Program-made: the position numbers and the translations under genes
Part shown: in pieces, positions 1 through 9,633 of the stretch
Numbering within the stretch: the first letter of the stretch is position 1
How the letters are laid out: each line of letters opens with the position of its first letter
IMG/VR virus record: IMGVR_UViG_3300037467_001050
Coordinates: 1 to 64,000 of that record
Direction: 5' to 3' (one strand)
DNA: 64,000 nucleotides
Source of the DNA: a virus
The notes under the pieces: generated by a model
What the model saw: the letters and a program-made list of their open reading frames with translations, nothing else
Database searches by the model: none
What the model was told of the DNA's origin: nothing

Positions 1-34
1 ATCCCGACTTTGTCGAGTTCAGCTTTGATGTCCA

Positions 35-1030
35 TCAGATTGCCGCCCTAGGCCGATCCGACTTCTTCAATCCGGCCTTGGCTTCGGCCTCAGCCCTGGC
101 CTTCACCGCCATCACCTCCCTGCGCGCTTCCCGCTCCAGCTGGATCAGCTTGTTCGGGAGGATCTGGAACCAGTTCTTGCCCTCGTCCTTGAGGCGCCCG
201 GCCCAGGCGGCCATGGAGTGCAGCTCTCCGGCGAGGTTGAGGGTCGGGTAGGCCTCCTTCCACTTCGCCCAGTCGGCTTCGTTGAGCTTGATCACGCCGT
301 ACTCGAAGGCGTAGCGGGGCTCGGCCGGAGCCGTCGTGGCAGCTTGGTCCGGCACGACGACGTCAGCAGGCTTTTCCGGCTCGTGCGCAGCCTTGGCGTC
401 CGCGGCCGGGGTCTCGAGCGCCTTGGCCGCGGCCTGCTTCACCGAGAGCCACAACAGGGTGTCGGGATCGTCGCCGGCGACGGCAACATCTTCTTCTCTC
501 CCTCTTCCATCCTTCCTCCTTCCTCCTTCCTCCTCCCTCTGGCAGGCTTCTTCGGAAGCACTTCCGAAGTCCTTCCGAACCACTTCGGAAGTCGGCTTGG
601 TTGAAGGGGCCTTCCTGGTGGAAGTCGGGCCACTTGGAGGACGGCCAGTTCCGCTCCGTGGGCGGTCACCTTCCGAAGTGAGGCCCACATAAACCCACAG
701 GACTTCCGGCAGTGGGTGGATGGTGTTCGGAAGTTTGGGGCGCTGGTACTTGGCGAAGTTCCGAACTGCGCCGTACTGACGGTCGCCCTCGGAGAAAGGC
801 CGGATCATGTTGGCCGTTTCCAGCTCGAGGAGCAGCGCCTGGATGTCGGCGAGCGTCTCGTTCTTGGCCGGACGCAGGCGCATCTTCAGCGTGATCGGCT
901 TCCACTCGAAGATGCCGTTGTCGTCGGCCTCGTTGAGCAGGCCGAGGTAGAGAAGGCTCGCGGCATCGGACAACCCGGCGAAGGCGTCGTCCGTCCAGAG
1001 CCCGGGGTGGATGCTACGGATGCGGGCCAT
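35..1030 (-). CDS. Phage replication initiator (replisome organizer-like)
   Basis: N-terminal MARIRSIHPGLWTDD...LLYLGLLNEADDNG motif typical of lambda-O-like initiators; low-complexity middle containing iteron-like repeats; next to RusA. Confidence 0.75.
   Translation of the reverse strand: MARIRSIHPGLWTDDAFAGLSDAASLLYLGLLNEADDNGIFEWKPITLKMRLRPAKNETLADIQALLLELETANMIRPFSEGDRQYGAVRNFAKYQRPKLPNTIHPLPEVLWVYVGLTSEGDRPRSGTGRPPSGPTSTRKAPSTKPTSEVVRKDFGSASEEACQREEEGGRRKDGRGREEDVAVAGDDPDTLLWLSVKQAAAKALETPAADAKAAHEPEKPADVVVPDQAATTAPAEPRYAFEYGVIKLNEADWAKWKEAYPTLNLAGELHSMAAWAGRLKDEGKNWFQILPNKLIQLEREARREVMAVKARAEAEAKAGLKKSDRPRAAI
551..591. repeat. Iteron-like array inside rep gene, 4 x TTC(C/G)GAA(G/C) at 11-bp period
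   Basis: Cores at 551, 562, 573, 584. Confidence 0.7.
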
Positions 1031-1219
1031 CGGAGAGACCTCAGGTGAGAGCGAACGGGCGCCGCCCGAGGGCCTTGCGACCCTCAGGTCAGGCGGTAGA
1101 CGGGGATGGCCACAGGCGTGGCTGATCGCGCCGGAAAGCGATCACGCCCTCCGGTCCATCTCGGCGGCCCGCTCATTTGCAGAATGGGCCGTCCTATGTC
1201 GTTTGCTTTCCTGCAAACG

Positions 1220-1621
1220 TCAAGCGGAAACTTCGACCGGCAGCAGTTCCAGGCGTGCGCCCCGTGGCGCCTTGCCCCACTCCACGACGACGCGGTTCTG
1301 GTACTTGTCGTCCTCGATCAGGCCGGCTTGTACAGCAAAATCCAAACAGGCCTTGATCCTGTTGTCGAGGTCCAGCTTGAACCGCTTCGCTTTGGTGATC
1401 GTGAGAATGACGTCGAACGGGCCGGTGATCTTCGGCCAGCGCTGGCCTGCCATTTGCTCTTTGAGCGCCTCGTCGGCTTTGGCCTTCCAGTTCTGGTAGC
1501 TTTTCGATAGGTAGGTCCAGGTGCGGCCGGTCGAACGCGCATGCCCGCGGCGCCAGATCCGGTTCGTCGACGTCGGCAACGGAAGATCAACCACAATGTG
1601 ATTTGCAGACTGCGAGTTCAT
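1220..1621 (-). CDS. rusA: RusA-like Holliday junction resolvase
   Basis: LPLPTSTN..W, DLDNRIKACLD and IEDDKY acidic motifs; ATG at 1621 chosen as start. Confidence 0.85.
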   Translation of the reverse strand: MNSQSANHIVVDLPLPTSTNRIWRRGHARSTGRTWTYLSKSYQNWKAKADEALKEQMAGQRWPKITGPFDVILTITKAKRFKLDLDNRIKACLDFAVQAGLIEDDKYQNRVVVEWGKAPRGARLELLPVEVSA

Positions 1622-2117
1622 TTGGCATGCTCCGTGGCATGCCAGAATGCAATCGACTGCAACATGGCACCAACGCACATGCACCGTCGTTCCAGTTTCT
1701 CTACATTCTCTTTAAAATAGAGTGGCTTACTGTCCCGAGCCCGGATTGTGGCACTTTCGTGGAAGCTGAAAAATGCCGGTTTTATTAGCAGTTTGTTCAT
1801 TTTTTTAGCGCTCTGGAGCTCGCACTGGAAGTCCGTGCATCACCCGAATTCAGTATCCGACCCTCTACGCACATAGACGCAAGCAAATCATTTGCAGAAT
1901 GTTGGCTTTTCCAGTTGCAAACCACATTGCGTCGCGTTAGGTGTGCGGCGTCGCCCATGCCATGGCATGTGCAATTTGCAGGGAACCTTTCTGCAAGTGT
2001 GGGCTTGTAGGATTGCAAGCGCAAGTGCAAAAGGCCCCTCGCGATGGGGAACCGCCGTCCATATGGACGGAGAGCAGCGGGTCGCGGGGCTAAGGGGACT
2101 TGGATTGGAGGATTGAG

Positions 2118-2867
2118 ATGAACATGGTGGTCGAGCAGCGCCAGACCGTCGTCGACGACGAGACCCATAAGAGGATCGCCCGGCAGGAGTTCATCTCGTG
2201 GGTTGACCACATCCTCGAACGCCGTCAGCAGGACGCGACGCATCTTGCTCTGGACAGCGATCTGTCCCCGTCCACGATCCTGCGGCTCCTGAACAACAAG
2301 AACCATACCTACCTGCCGTCGATGACGACGCTGCGGAAGATCGCGAACGGCTCCGGCTACCCGATCCCGCAGAAGCTCCTGCAGGCTTATGAGGTGCAGG
2401 TGACAGAGCCGGATGCCGCGCCACGGCCACGGCCGACCGCCAATGTGCGCGGCGGCCCTGCCGCTCAGCGGACCGTCGAAGTCGGCGCACCTCGGAAAGT
2501 CGCGGTTCGGCACGTTTCCACGCTCCCGAAGTCGCTCGCCCCGATCGTGCCGTCGGAGCAGAGGGTGGAGGTGCTCCCGATGCTGAAGGACGATACGACC
2601 GCGTTCGCGTTCAAGATGCCGGACGACAGCCTCGCGCCGGTCGTTCGGGGTGGCGCCATGGTGTTTGCTTCCAAGAGCCGTGACCCGGCTATCGACGACA
2701 TCGTGCTGATCGTCGACGAGAATGGCAGGGCCAAGGTTCGCGCGATCACGGGCGTCAATGAGGACGGCTACATCGTGTCGCCGGTGATGCGCCAGGACCA
2801 GACCGAGACCGTCGCCTTCGACGCGATCAAGGACTGGGGCATCATCGAGAACTTCAACCGCCGCTGA
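2118..2867 (+). CDS. CI-like repressor (XRE HTH plus S24-like C-terminal domain)
   Basis: HTH (LALDSDLSPSTILRLL...PSMTTLRKIA); C-terminal AFAFKMPDDSLAP..GG..V...P..DDIV; GGAGG RBS before ATG 2118; divergent from left arm. Confidence 0.75.
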   Translation: MNMVVEQRQTVVDDETHKRIARQEFISWVDHILERRQQDATHLALDSDLSPSTILRLLNNKNHTYLPSMTTLRKIANGSGYPIPQKLLQAYEVQVTEPDAAPRPRPTANVRGGPAAQRTVEVGAPRKVAVRHVSTLPKSLAPIVPSEQRVEVLPMLKDDTTAFAFKMPDDSLAPVVRGGAMVFASKSRDPAIDDIVLIVDENGRAKVRAITGVNEDGYIVSPVMRQDQTETVAFDAIKDWGIIENFNRR

Positions 2868-2947
2868 TCTCTCGTCCTGGCGTTAGCATAAATTCGCACG
2901 CCCGGACGCTTGCGCCAATGCAAACGACAGCGCAAACAACGCAAACG

Positions 2948-2976
2948 AAAAGGGCGCCCCGAGAGGCGCCCTTTTT
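2948..2976. terminator. Bidirectional intrinsic terminator
   Basis: AAAA-GGGCGCC-loop-GGCGCCC-TTTTT between convergent genes. Confidence 0.8.
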
Positions 2977-2995
2977 CGCGTGGTCCTGAGGAGGC

Positions 2996-3445
2996 TCAGA
3001 GGATCCCGGAGGCCGTGATCCCGATGTCGACGAGCCCCGGGGCATCGCAGTCGCTCACGACCGGCCAGATGGCAAACAGGGTGCACATCACGGCGAGTGG
3101 CTTGGCGACCGTCCGGCTCATGCGCTTGATGCCCTTGCTGGTGTATCCGAACAGCTCGGAGATGTCCGAATTCGGGATCATGACGCGGCCGACGCAGCCT
3201 TCCGCGATCCAGGCCTTCATCCACTTCGGCGTGCGGTCTTCCACGGCCTGAGCCGTCGTCGCACCGTCGGTTGCGCCGAGCAGCTCGTCGATCCCGGCGA
3301 TCAGGCCGGTCAGGGACATGCAGACGATATGCAGGGGGCCTTCCCCGTCGTCGGGCCCTTCCGCGATGAACTCGACGTCTGAGAGACGCTTGTCGCCGGT
3401 TTGTTCAGCGATCGTGAACCCTCTGTACGATAGCTCACCCTGCAC
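2996..3445 (-). CDS. Hypothetical protein
   Basis: 149-aa ORF (GTG start) with GGAGG upstream. Confidence 0.6.
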   Translation of the reverse strand: MQGELSYRGFTIAEQTGDKRLSDVEFIAEGPDDGEGPLHIVCMSLTGLIAGIDELLGATDGATTAQAVEDRTPKWMKAWIAEGCVGRVMIPNSDISELFGYTSKGIKRMSRTVAKPLAVMCTLFAIWPVVSDCDAPGLVDIGITASGIL

Positions 3446-3625
3446 GATCGTCCTCCACGGCAGCCAGCAATCAAAGCCGGTGTTTGCGAGTTAGGCCTAG
3501 GACGCCTAAACTGCAAGTAGAATTTCAGGCCTGTCTGGGACGGCTCGTTTGCAGTATCAGGACTGCATCGGTTTGCTGAACAGAGGTTCATGTCAGCATT
3601 CCTGCCACGCTTCTTGTGCGTCGGT

Positions 3626-3994
3626 TTATTTGCTGGATTGTTTCTCAAAAACCTCGAGAGAGGCGATCATGGCGTCAATGGCCCCGACGGATGCACCGAC
3701 AGCGTGGGTGGTATGCTGTTCGCGAATTGATCTGAGATGGTTCAGACGATCACGGAGCTTGGAGATCTCCTCGAGGTCGACTCGGGCCTGCCAGTCGGCC
3801 TTCTCGAGGCTCAGCTCGATCTTCTCGATCTCGTGCTCCAGCAAACTCTGAAGCTGAGCGACTTGATCCTCAAGCTCTCTGAGGTGCGGACCGATGGCAT
3901 GGCGCGTCAGCGCTGCCTTCTCTCTGATTGTCGGAAGGAACCTCATCATCGCCACCGTCAGTGGCTTCACGAGGGTCGTCGGGGAGTGTGGCAT
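3626..3994 (-). CDS. Hypothetical coiled-coil protein (start uncertain)
   Basis: Leu/Glu heptad-rich ORF. Confidence 0.5.
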   Translation of the reverse strand: MPHSPTTLVKPLTVAMMRFLPTIREKAALTRHAIGPHLRELEDQVAQLQSLLEHEIEKIELSLEKADWQARVDLEEISKLRDRLNHLRSIREQHTTHAVGASVGAIDAMIASLEVFEKQSSK

Positions 3995-4283
3995 CGGTTG
4001 GTTTGTTCTCCGAAGGTGGGTACTCGTTCGCGTCCGGTATGAGCCCTGTCCTGGCCCAATCCTCCCTCGTCGGCTGCCATGGAGACAGTCCGCGCTCGAT
4101 CGCGGCCAGGGCCAGGGCCTGTGTCCGCGTCAAGCCAACCTTGGCGTAATTCATGACTGAGTTCGGGTGGACACCAAGCCATTCGGCGATGTCATCGTAG
4201 GTCAGGTCGCGGCTGATCCGCCAAACCTGAAACTGCTTACCCGTCAGAAACTTATCGGCAGCGTTACGCTTCGGTGCAGGCAC
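3870..4283 (-). CDS. XRE-type HTH protein
   Basis: LTGKQFQVWRISRDLTYDDIAEWLGVHPNSVMNY HTH pattern. Confidence 0.7.
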   Translation of the reverse strand: MPAPKRNAADKFLTGKQFQVWRISRDLTYDDIAEWLGVHPNSVMNYAKVGLTRTQALALAAIERGLSPWQPTREDWARTGLIPDANEYPPSENKPTDATLPDDPREATDGGDDEVPSDNQREGSADAPCHRSAPQRA

Positions 4284-4369
4284 ATGATCCCCTTTGGCTG
4301 GCTTTGTTACATCTGTAACATGGCATGGTGAATAGACGGTTCAGAGGCTGTCGGAGTACCATCTTAGGT

Positions 4370-4642
4370 TTAATATTCGGCTTGGCCATAATCGCGTGCC
4401 TCCTGGAAGCTGCAGGGTTCGGTGATATCGACGTCACCATCGATCACCTCGATCCAGGCACGGGCTCCGCATGACAGCTGCGAATGGCTGCGCGGATCAA
4501 CGAGCTCGACCGTGCCTTTAATCCGCACGGCCTGCCCGTAGGTAACTTTCCCGTCCTGCCGGACAATGTACACCGGCCGCTGCCCACCGTCCTTGGCGTT
4601 CATCGACAGGTGCTGACGGTTCACATGCACGATCGCCTTCAT
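4370..4642 (-). CDS. Small conserved phage protein; same domain as C-terminus of 13158-15359
   Basis: IVHVNRQHLSMNAKDG..RPVY.VR...GARAWIEV pattern. Confidence 0.7.
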   Translation of the reverse strand: MKAIVHVNRQHLSMNAKDGGQRPVYIVRQDGKVTYGQAVRIKGTVELVDPRSHSQLSCGARAWIEVIDGDVDITEPCSFQEARDYGQAEY

Positions 4643-4950
4643 GGATCGCTCCGTGGAAGTCTGAGTGGAAGGCAGGGAAGGAGCCCGGGGATCGCCTGCA
4701 CGCCGCGACCGACGCGATAGCGGACAGCACGCAGCCAGTGCCTCTTAGCGTAGGAGCCACTGAAGCCGTCGGACATTGCCCGTCGAATGCAGGTGATCCC
4801 GAACTCACGCTCGTGTGCCTCGCGCCAACACGTCAGCACCGGGTCGAGATGGTCGGCCGGGATGCGTTTGATTGCAGCCGAACCGGCGTAATAGCGCTTG
4901 GAAAAGAGGCGGGCGGCGCGCCAAGCCGCCCTCCATTCTCGTCGGGTCAT
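4639..4950 (-). CDS. Hypothetical protein
   Basis: ATG preceded by GGAGG and a 14-bp motif copy. Confidence 0.6.
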   Translation of the reverse strand: MTRREWRAAWRAARLFSKRYYAGSAAIKRIPADHLDPVLTCWREAHEREFGITCIRRAMSDGFSGSYAKRHWLRAVRYRVGRGVQAIPGLLPCLPLRLPRSDP

Positions 4951-5153
4951 CTCAGAACCTCCGTTTGCATTCCTGCAAATGAGTGAACGCGCCGGATCAC
5001 TCCAGCGCGCCGTGGAACCGCTGGGCCACCTCGCGGGTGTCGTAGGGGCCGATCACGTCGTCGTAGGTGTCGGCGCCGGGTGTCGGCAGAACCAGATACC
5101 AGCCGGTCAGCTCCGGGTTCGTGTCCTGGTGCTGGACGATCCGCCAGTCGGTC

Positions 5154-5540
5154 TCAGCCATAGATGAGATCACCGAAGACGGCGCACTGGATGAAGATGT
5201 CGGCTGTGGCTGCATCGCCGTTCTCCGTCACGATGTTCGTGAGTTGCTCGGGGTACTTCTTGGCCATCAGGTCGAGGCCGCTCTGGATGTTCTGGGGCGT
5301 CAGCCAGACGCTCAGAGGTGCGTCGGGCTTGTGCGGCTCGATCTGGACGATCTCGATGGAGAAATCCTCCTCGAAGAGCTTCGGGTCCGAGTACCACGGC
5401 CGGCCGGTGAGCTTGTCGCCGCGCGGCTGGTGTGGGTTGGCGTCTGAGGCCCAGTAGGAGATCCCGCTCTCGAAGGCGGTGATCACCTGATCGGCGATCA
5501 TCTGCGAGGTGATCTCGGTCTTGGTGCTGTAGGTGATCAT
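5154..5540 (-). CDS. Conserved phage hypothetical protein
   Basis: GISYWA...DAATADIFIQCAVFGDLIYG, a recurrent phage protein pattern. Confidence 0.7.
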   Translation of the reverse strand: MITYSTKTEITSQMIADQVITAFESGISYWASDANPHQPRGDKLTGRPWYSDPKLFEEDFSIEIVQIEPHKPDAPLSVWLTPQNIQSGLDLMAKKYPEQLTNIVTENGDAATADIFIQCAVFGDLIYG

Positions 5541-5803
5541 GCGATCCCTCCTGGGAAGCGGTCCTGCAGGACCTTGCGGGTACCGTCGGTCATCCGGACG
5601 ATGACGCGATCGACGCGATGCCCGAGCAGGTGGTCGCCGCGGACATCGTAGATCGAGCGGGTGCCGCGCTCGCCGGTGGGGATGAAGTCGCGCGCCTCGC
5701 TGAGCAGAAGCTGCACGAAGGTTCTGTTCTTGCGCGCCCGGCGCTTCATCGTCTGGAGCCGCGAGGCGGTCGGGATCTTCCGAAGGGTGATTGGGTGCTT
5801 CAT
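5537..5803 (-). CDS. Hypothetical protein
   Basis: MKHPITLRK start overlapping upstream stop (ATGA). Confidence 0.55.
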   Translation of the reverse strand: MKHPITLRKIPTASRLQTMKRRARKNRTFVQLLLSEARDFIPTGERGTRSIYDVRGDHLLGHRVDRVIVRMTDGTRKVLQDRFPGGIA

Positions 5804-6036
5804 GCTGCTTCCCTGTGCTCCAATGTGCTCTTCCGGAAGACGACCATGCGCTCGAACCCGAGCGCGGCGGCGATCGACGTGCCGGCCGATTGCTTGCCGT
5901 TGATGACGTTGCTCACTTAGCCCTGCGAGAGGCCTGTCCGCCGAGCGAAGGCGTTCACGCCGCCGGATCTCTTGATCTCCTCGACGAGCTCTTTGAGCAG
6001 GCCCTGGTGGTCGATGATGGTGCTGGCCTCGATCAC
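5800..6036 (-). pseudogene. XRE HTH gene with in-frame TAA
   Basis: Frame reads VIEASTII...NAFARRTGLSQG*VSNVINGKQSAG; TAA at 5917-5919 falls in the recognition helix. Confidence 0.65.
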
Positions 6037-6106
6037 GGGATGCGCTTTCCTGATGATGGTTTCCTGCGGGCCGCACCGCCTGTGCGATGCGGCCGTGTGA
6101 CAGCCC

Positions 6107-6517
6107 CTACTTGTGGGGCGGCGGTGGAGGAGCGAGGGGAGGCGGTGTCGACTCCAGCTCGATGATGCCGGGCTGGATGGCCCCCTCCGGGCCGTAGAGG
6201 TTCAACAGCTTGGTGCAGTTGAGCGGCACGTCCCCGCGCAGGGTGTTCACCTGCTCACGAACGAGGCTCTGGTGGATGGGATTGTCCTTCCACTCCGGGT
6301 AGCCGCCGGAACGGTAGAAGATGTCCCGCGCCATCGGCTTGTTGATCCGCAAGCCGATGCAGTTCTGCTCGACGAAGGTCGACATGGCGAAGACCTGTAC
6401 GTCTGGCCGGGCCTCCTCCAAGGCGGGCAGACGCTGTGCGTGGGCCGTTTGGTCGTAAGCCGCAAACGGCAACACGAGGGCTGCGAGGTAGGCGAGAGCC
6501 GCAATTCTCAAGGTCAT
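6107..6517 (-). CDS. Secreted two-cysteine protein
   Basis: Sec-type signal peptide (AHA); paralog of 16228-16566. Confidence 0.65.
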   Translation of the reverse strand: MTLRIAALAYLAALVLPFAAYDQTAHAQRLPALEEARPDVQVFAMSTFVEQNCIGLRINKPMARDIFYRSGGYPEWKDNPIHQSLVREQVNTLRGDVPLNCTKLLNLYGPEGAIQPGIIELESTPPPLAPPPPPHK

Positions 6518-7020
6518 GGGTTCCTTTCGGATTGGATGTGGAACGGGCGGCCGTAGCCGCCCGCGTTCAGTGCTTGGTGGGCGGCACCTTCTCCGCCCGG
6601 GCGTGGCGCCCGTATCGCCACTGCGCGGCGACGGTCTTGACCGCCACGGCGCGGGTCACGGCCTCGGCCACTTTCTGCCAAGCCGGTCCGGGGTTCTTCA
6701 GGGCGTGAACGTCATACAGTTGCTCCTCTGACAGGGTAGCCTCTCCGTTTGAATTCGTGCAAGCGAGTTTGCATTGCACGGCGATCGGACCAGCATGTGT
6801 GGCCCGTGCGCTTCACCCCGGCCGTTGGCCGGATCTCGAAATCAGGCAGTCAGCTCTGCGAGAGCCGTGACCGGATCGCTCTGCATGAGCGCGGCTTGCT
6901 GCTCTGGCGTCATCATCGCCCAGGCAGCGCGCAGAAGGTCCTGCAGGTCACCGACCTCGTGGTCTGGTTCGCTGTCCTCGCCGTGCTGCTGCGCGACCAA
7001 GATGTACTCCTCGATGTCCT

Positions 7021-7320
7021 TCATTCCTCGTCATCCTCCTGACTGCCGACCTCACCATGGTCTTCGATGGCGCTCGCCATGTTCCAGGGACCGTGGATCG
7101 TCATGGCCGGAGAGAGGCTGATGTCGGGAAGGTCCGGGTCGTCGTAGCGACGGCCCGTGATCGGCACCTCTTGGTGCATGTCCTCGCGCAGCTCCAGGGC
7201 GTCGTACTTCATCTCCTTGGCGATCCGCAGCGCCTCGGCGGCGCTCCGGGCCTTGATGTACGCCGTAGCGGCGATCTTCACGTCAACGGCGAAAAGGTGA
7301 GGTTCTCTGAAACGCGGCAA
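7021..7320 (-). CDS. Hypothetical protein
   Basis: 99-aa ORF coupled to 6842-7024. Confidence 0.55.
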   Translation of the reverse strand: MPRFREPHLFAVDVKIAATAYIKARSAAEALRIAKEMKYDALELREDMHQEVPITGRRYDDPDLPDISLSPAMTIHGPWNMASAIEDHGEVGSQEDDEE

Positions 7321-7511
7321 GGTGATCTCCTTTCGAGGTCAGATGAACAGGTCGTCGATGTTCATGACCCACTCGTCGCCGCAGCATTCCCTCTGCGCAT
7401 CCTGACGAGTGGCGAACCGGCGAGCTTGCAGAACATGCCGCGTGTAGCTCGATGACAGTCCGGGGTAGGCGACGTACTTGCCGTTGCTGTTCTTGATGAT
7501 GAAGCCGTGCA

Positions 7512-7856
7512 TCACGCTGCCCTCATGTTGGTGGATCGGCCGAGCAGCCAGTAGTCGTGTTCGACCGGCTCGGCGTAGGACTGGAAGCCGAAGCTCTCGA
7601 CCCACTCGCGGGTGAGGGCGGCCGGCTCGTAGTTCTCGGCTGAGGATCGCTCCTGGATCGCCCAGGCGATCTCACGGCTGGCGTCTGTGACCGTACCGCC
7701 CTCGATGTCGACCAGGGAGACCCGCTCGATCTCCCCTGCGTACTGGCCCTGCATCAGGCCGCGGATCACGGTCTCCAGCGTGGAGGTGGCTGGCGTCGTC
7801 TCGTGGATGAATGAGACGTCGTCGAGCTTGCCGTGGACCATGTAGAACATGCTCAT
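7512..7856 (-). CDS. Hypothetical protein
   Basis: MSMFYMVHG start after 14-bp motif and GGAGG; ATGA overlap. Confidence 0.6.
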   Translation of the reverse strand: MSMFYMVHGKLDDVSFIHETTPATSTLETVIRGLMQGQYAGEIERVSLVDIEGGTVTDASREIAWAIQERSSAENYEPAALTREWVESFGFQSYAEPVEHDYWLLGRSTNMRAA

Positions 7857-8620
7857 GCCGCCTCCATTTGCATTCCTGCAAGTATGCGGGCGTAGTGCTT
7901 CGCGCCCGAGCCGTGGATGGTCTTGACGATGTCGGCCTTGGCCGGCTTGCGGTTGCCGCCGCAGAGCATGCAGCGGTTGCACTGGATCGTCTTGTCGAGC
8001 TCGTGAGGGCAGACGCCCTCATCCTTCAGGGCCGGACCGTCTTTGGATCGCGTCCGAAAGGTGCGGAAGCCCAAACGCTTCGCCTCCTCTCTTTCCTCGG
8101 GGCTGTCGACGGAGGCCATGCAGAAGTCAGCGAGCTGCGGGTACTCGCGCCAGCTGTGGGTGTAGCCGTTGATCTCGCGGACCTGATCGAGAGCCTTCTC
8201 GAGCACCTCGAACGGCACGGACGCCGGGTCGCCGTAGGCGCCGAGCCGCACCCGCATGCCCTTGAGGATCTTGCGGGCCTGACCCAGCGGCACCGTCTGG
8301 TAGCGGCCGTTCTTGTAGGTCTCGTAGACCATCCGCGGGCCATGCATCAGCGTGACGTAGCATCCGCGCTCGACGTTCTCGCGCTTGCCCGTCTCCTCGT
8401 TGACGACGATCTTCCCTCGAGCCTTACACATGGCGCAGATCGACACGTCCTCGCCGGACTGCACGGCCACCATCGGGTGGATGTCTGCGCGTAGGAAGTA
8501 GACCTGCACCATCGGACCAGTCTTCGAGTTCCGGCCGCCGTCCTTGAGCCCAGTCGCGATCATGACGATGGGCTTCCCGTCAATCACTGACGGGCCCTCG
8601 TAGAGGATGATGCCGTTCAT
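7853..8620 (-). CDS. Conserved Cys-rich phage protein (possible metal/Fe-S enzyme)
   Basis: NSKTGPMVQ, SICAMC, GCYV, RLGAYGDPA, C-terminal C..CNRCMLC motifs. Confidence 0.7.
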   Translation of the reverse strand: MNGIILYEGPSVIDGKPIVMIATGLKDGGRNSKTGPMVQVYFLRADIHPMVAVQSGEDVSICAMCKARGKIVVNEETGKRENVERGCYVTLMHGPRMVYETYKNGRYQTVPLGQARKILKGMRVRLGAYGDPASVPFEVLEKALDQVREINGYTHSWREYPQLADFCMASVDSPEEREEAKRLGFRTFRTRSKDGPALKDEGVCPHELDKTIQCNRCMLCGGNRKPAKADIVKTIHGSGAKHYARILAGMQMEAA

Positions 8621-8908
8621 GGCGTCTCCTTTCTGCAAATGAGAGTGAAATTCATGCAATCGAGCCGGCTCATTGGGTCTGCTGCTGGATTGCGCCCTGA
8701 TTAGCCGACACACTGAGCGACACCGCGATGAACTCGTCGCGATGCATGCCTATTCTCTTCGTTGTAGGTACCGAAGCACGGAAGGTCGTTGTCAGTCACA
8801 GAGAGTTAACTGAACAACCTACTCCGCCCCTCATGGTCATTCGCTACCGTAACGCTATCTATGTAGTAAGATGGCTTGACAAACTTCGGTCGAGGACCGT
8901 GCGTGAGA

Positions 8909-9571
8909 TCACGCGCGCAGATCCATAGCCTGTTCGTCTACTAGGCCGCCCCACTGCGAAGCCATGGCTTGTGCGATCCCGGTGAAGAAACGGGAGCGTT
9001 CCTTCCAGCGGTTCGGACCGGGCGGCATGCGGTGGACCCGCGCCTCGCGGCCCTCGACGATGTCGGTGGGGGTGAGGTTCGGCAGGTTCTTGAGCCATAG
9101 GCAGGTGCGCTTCACCTCGCCGTGCCCGAACTGCCAGGGCTGCACGCTCTGGGCGAACTCCGCGTAGTTCCGGATCCGCGCCTTGGCGTGCTTGTGCATG
9201 ATCGGGTTCTCGATCGCGATCCGCGGGATGCCGTGGTCACGGTCGGCGTTCCAGAAAGTCGAGAACAGAGCGGCGGCCTCGTCGAGCTCGGCCCAGATCT
9301 GCTCGCGTGTCTTTCCCGCCGGCGGCTCGGTCAACCAGCGCACGCCGGAATTACAGAGGCGAGTACATGGGGGGTGGGCGACCATGAGCAGGTCCCACCC
9401 CCAGCTAAGGATCTCCCGGGCATCGCCGACGTAGTGCCGGTTCGATCCGTCCTCGGCGGGGAGAAGGTCGCAGGACCACGCATCGTGGCCGAGCGCCGAG
9501 AAGGCGCGCCGCACAGTACCTGAGAATTCGCAGGCGACGAGGACGCGCAGAGGCTGATCGACGGTTTGCAT
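8909..9571 (-). CDS. Phage DNA cytosine methyltransferase-like protein
   Basis: RVLVACEFSG (motif I-like), AHPPC catalytic motif, IENP, KRTCLW. Confidence 0.8.
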   Translation of the reverse strand: MQTVDQPLRVLVACEFSGTVRRAFSALGHDAWSCDLLPAEDGSNRHYVGDAREILSWGWDLLMVAHPPCTRLCNSGVRWLTEPPAGKTREQIWAELDEAAALFSTFWNADRDHGIPRIAIENPIMHKHAKARIRNYAEFAQSVQPWQFGHGEVKRTCLWLKNLPNLTPTDIVEGREARVHRMPPGPNRWKERSRFFTGIAQAMASQWGGLVDEQAMDLRA

Positions 9572-9633
9572 TGCTCTCACTTTCCTTGAATTCCTGCAAG
9601 CGAGGGGGCGGCCGAAGCCGCCCCGCCGGTGGA

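Noticed and set aside
2118-2867. Calling the element an integrated prophage
   Set aside because: A repressor is present but no integrase, att site or host genes are in the window; lifestyle is undetermined
4965-4978. 14-bp motif as a CsrA/RsmA site
   Set aside because: It has GGA in a loop but not the CANGGANG spacing, and no CsrA-like gene was seen; kept only as a minor alternative
5917-5919. Stop-codon reassignment
   Set aside because: Only one in-frame stop case; TAA terminates many genes normally (e.g. MCP, TerS)
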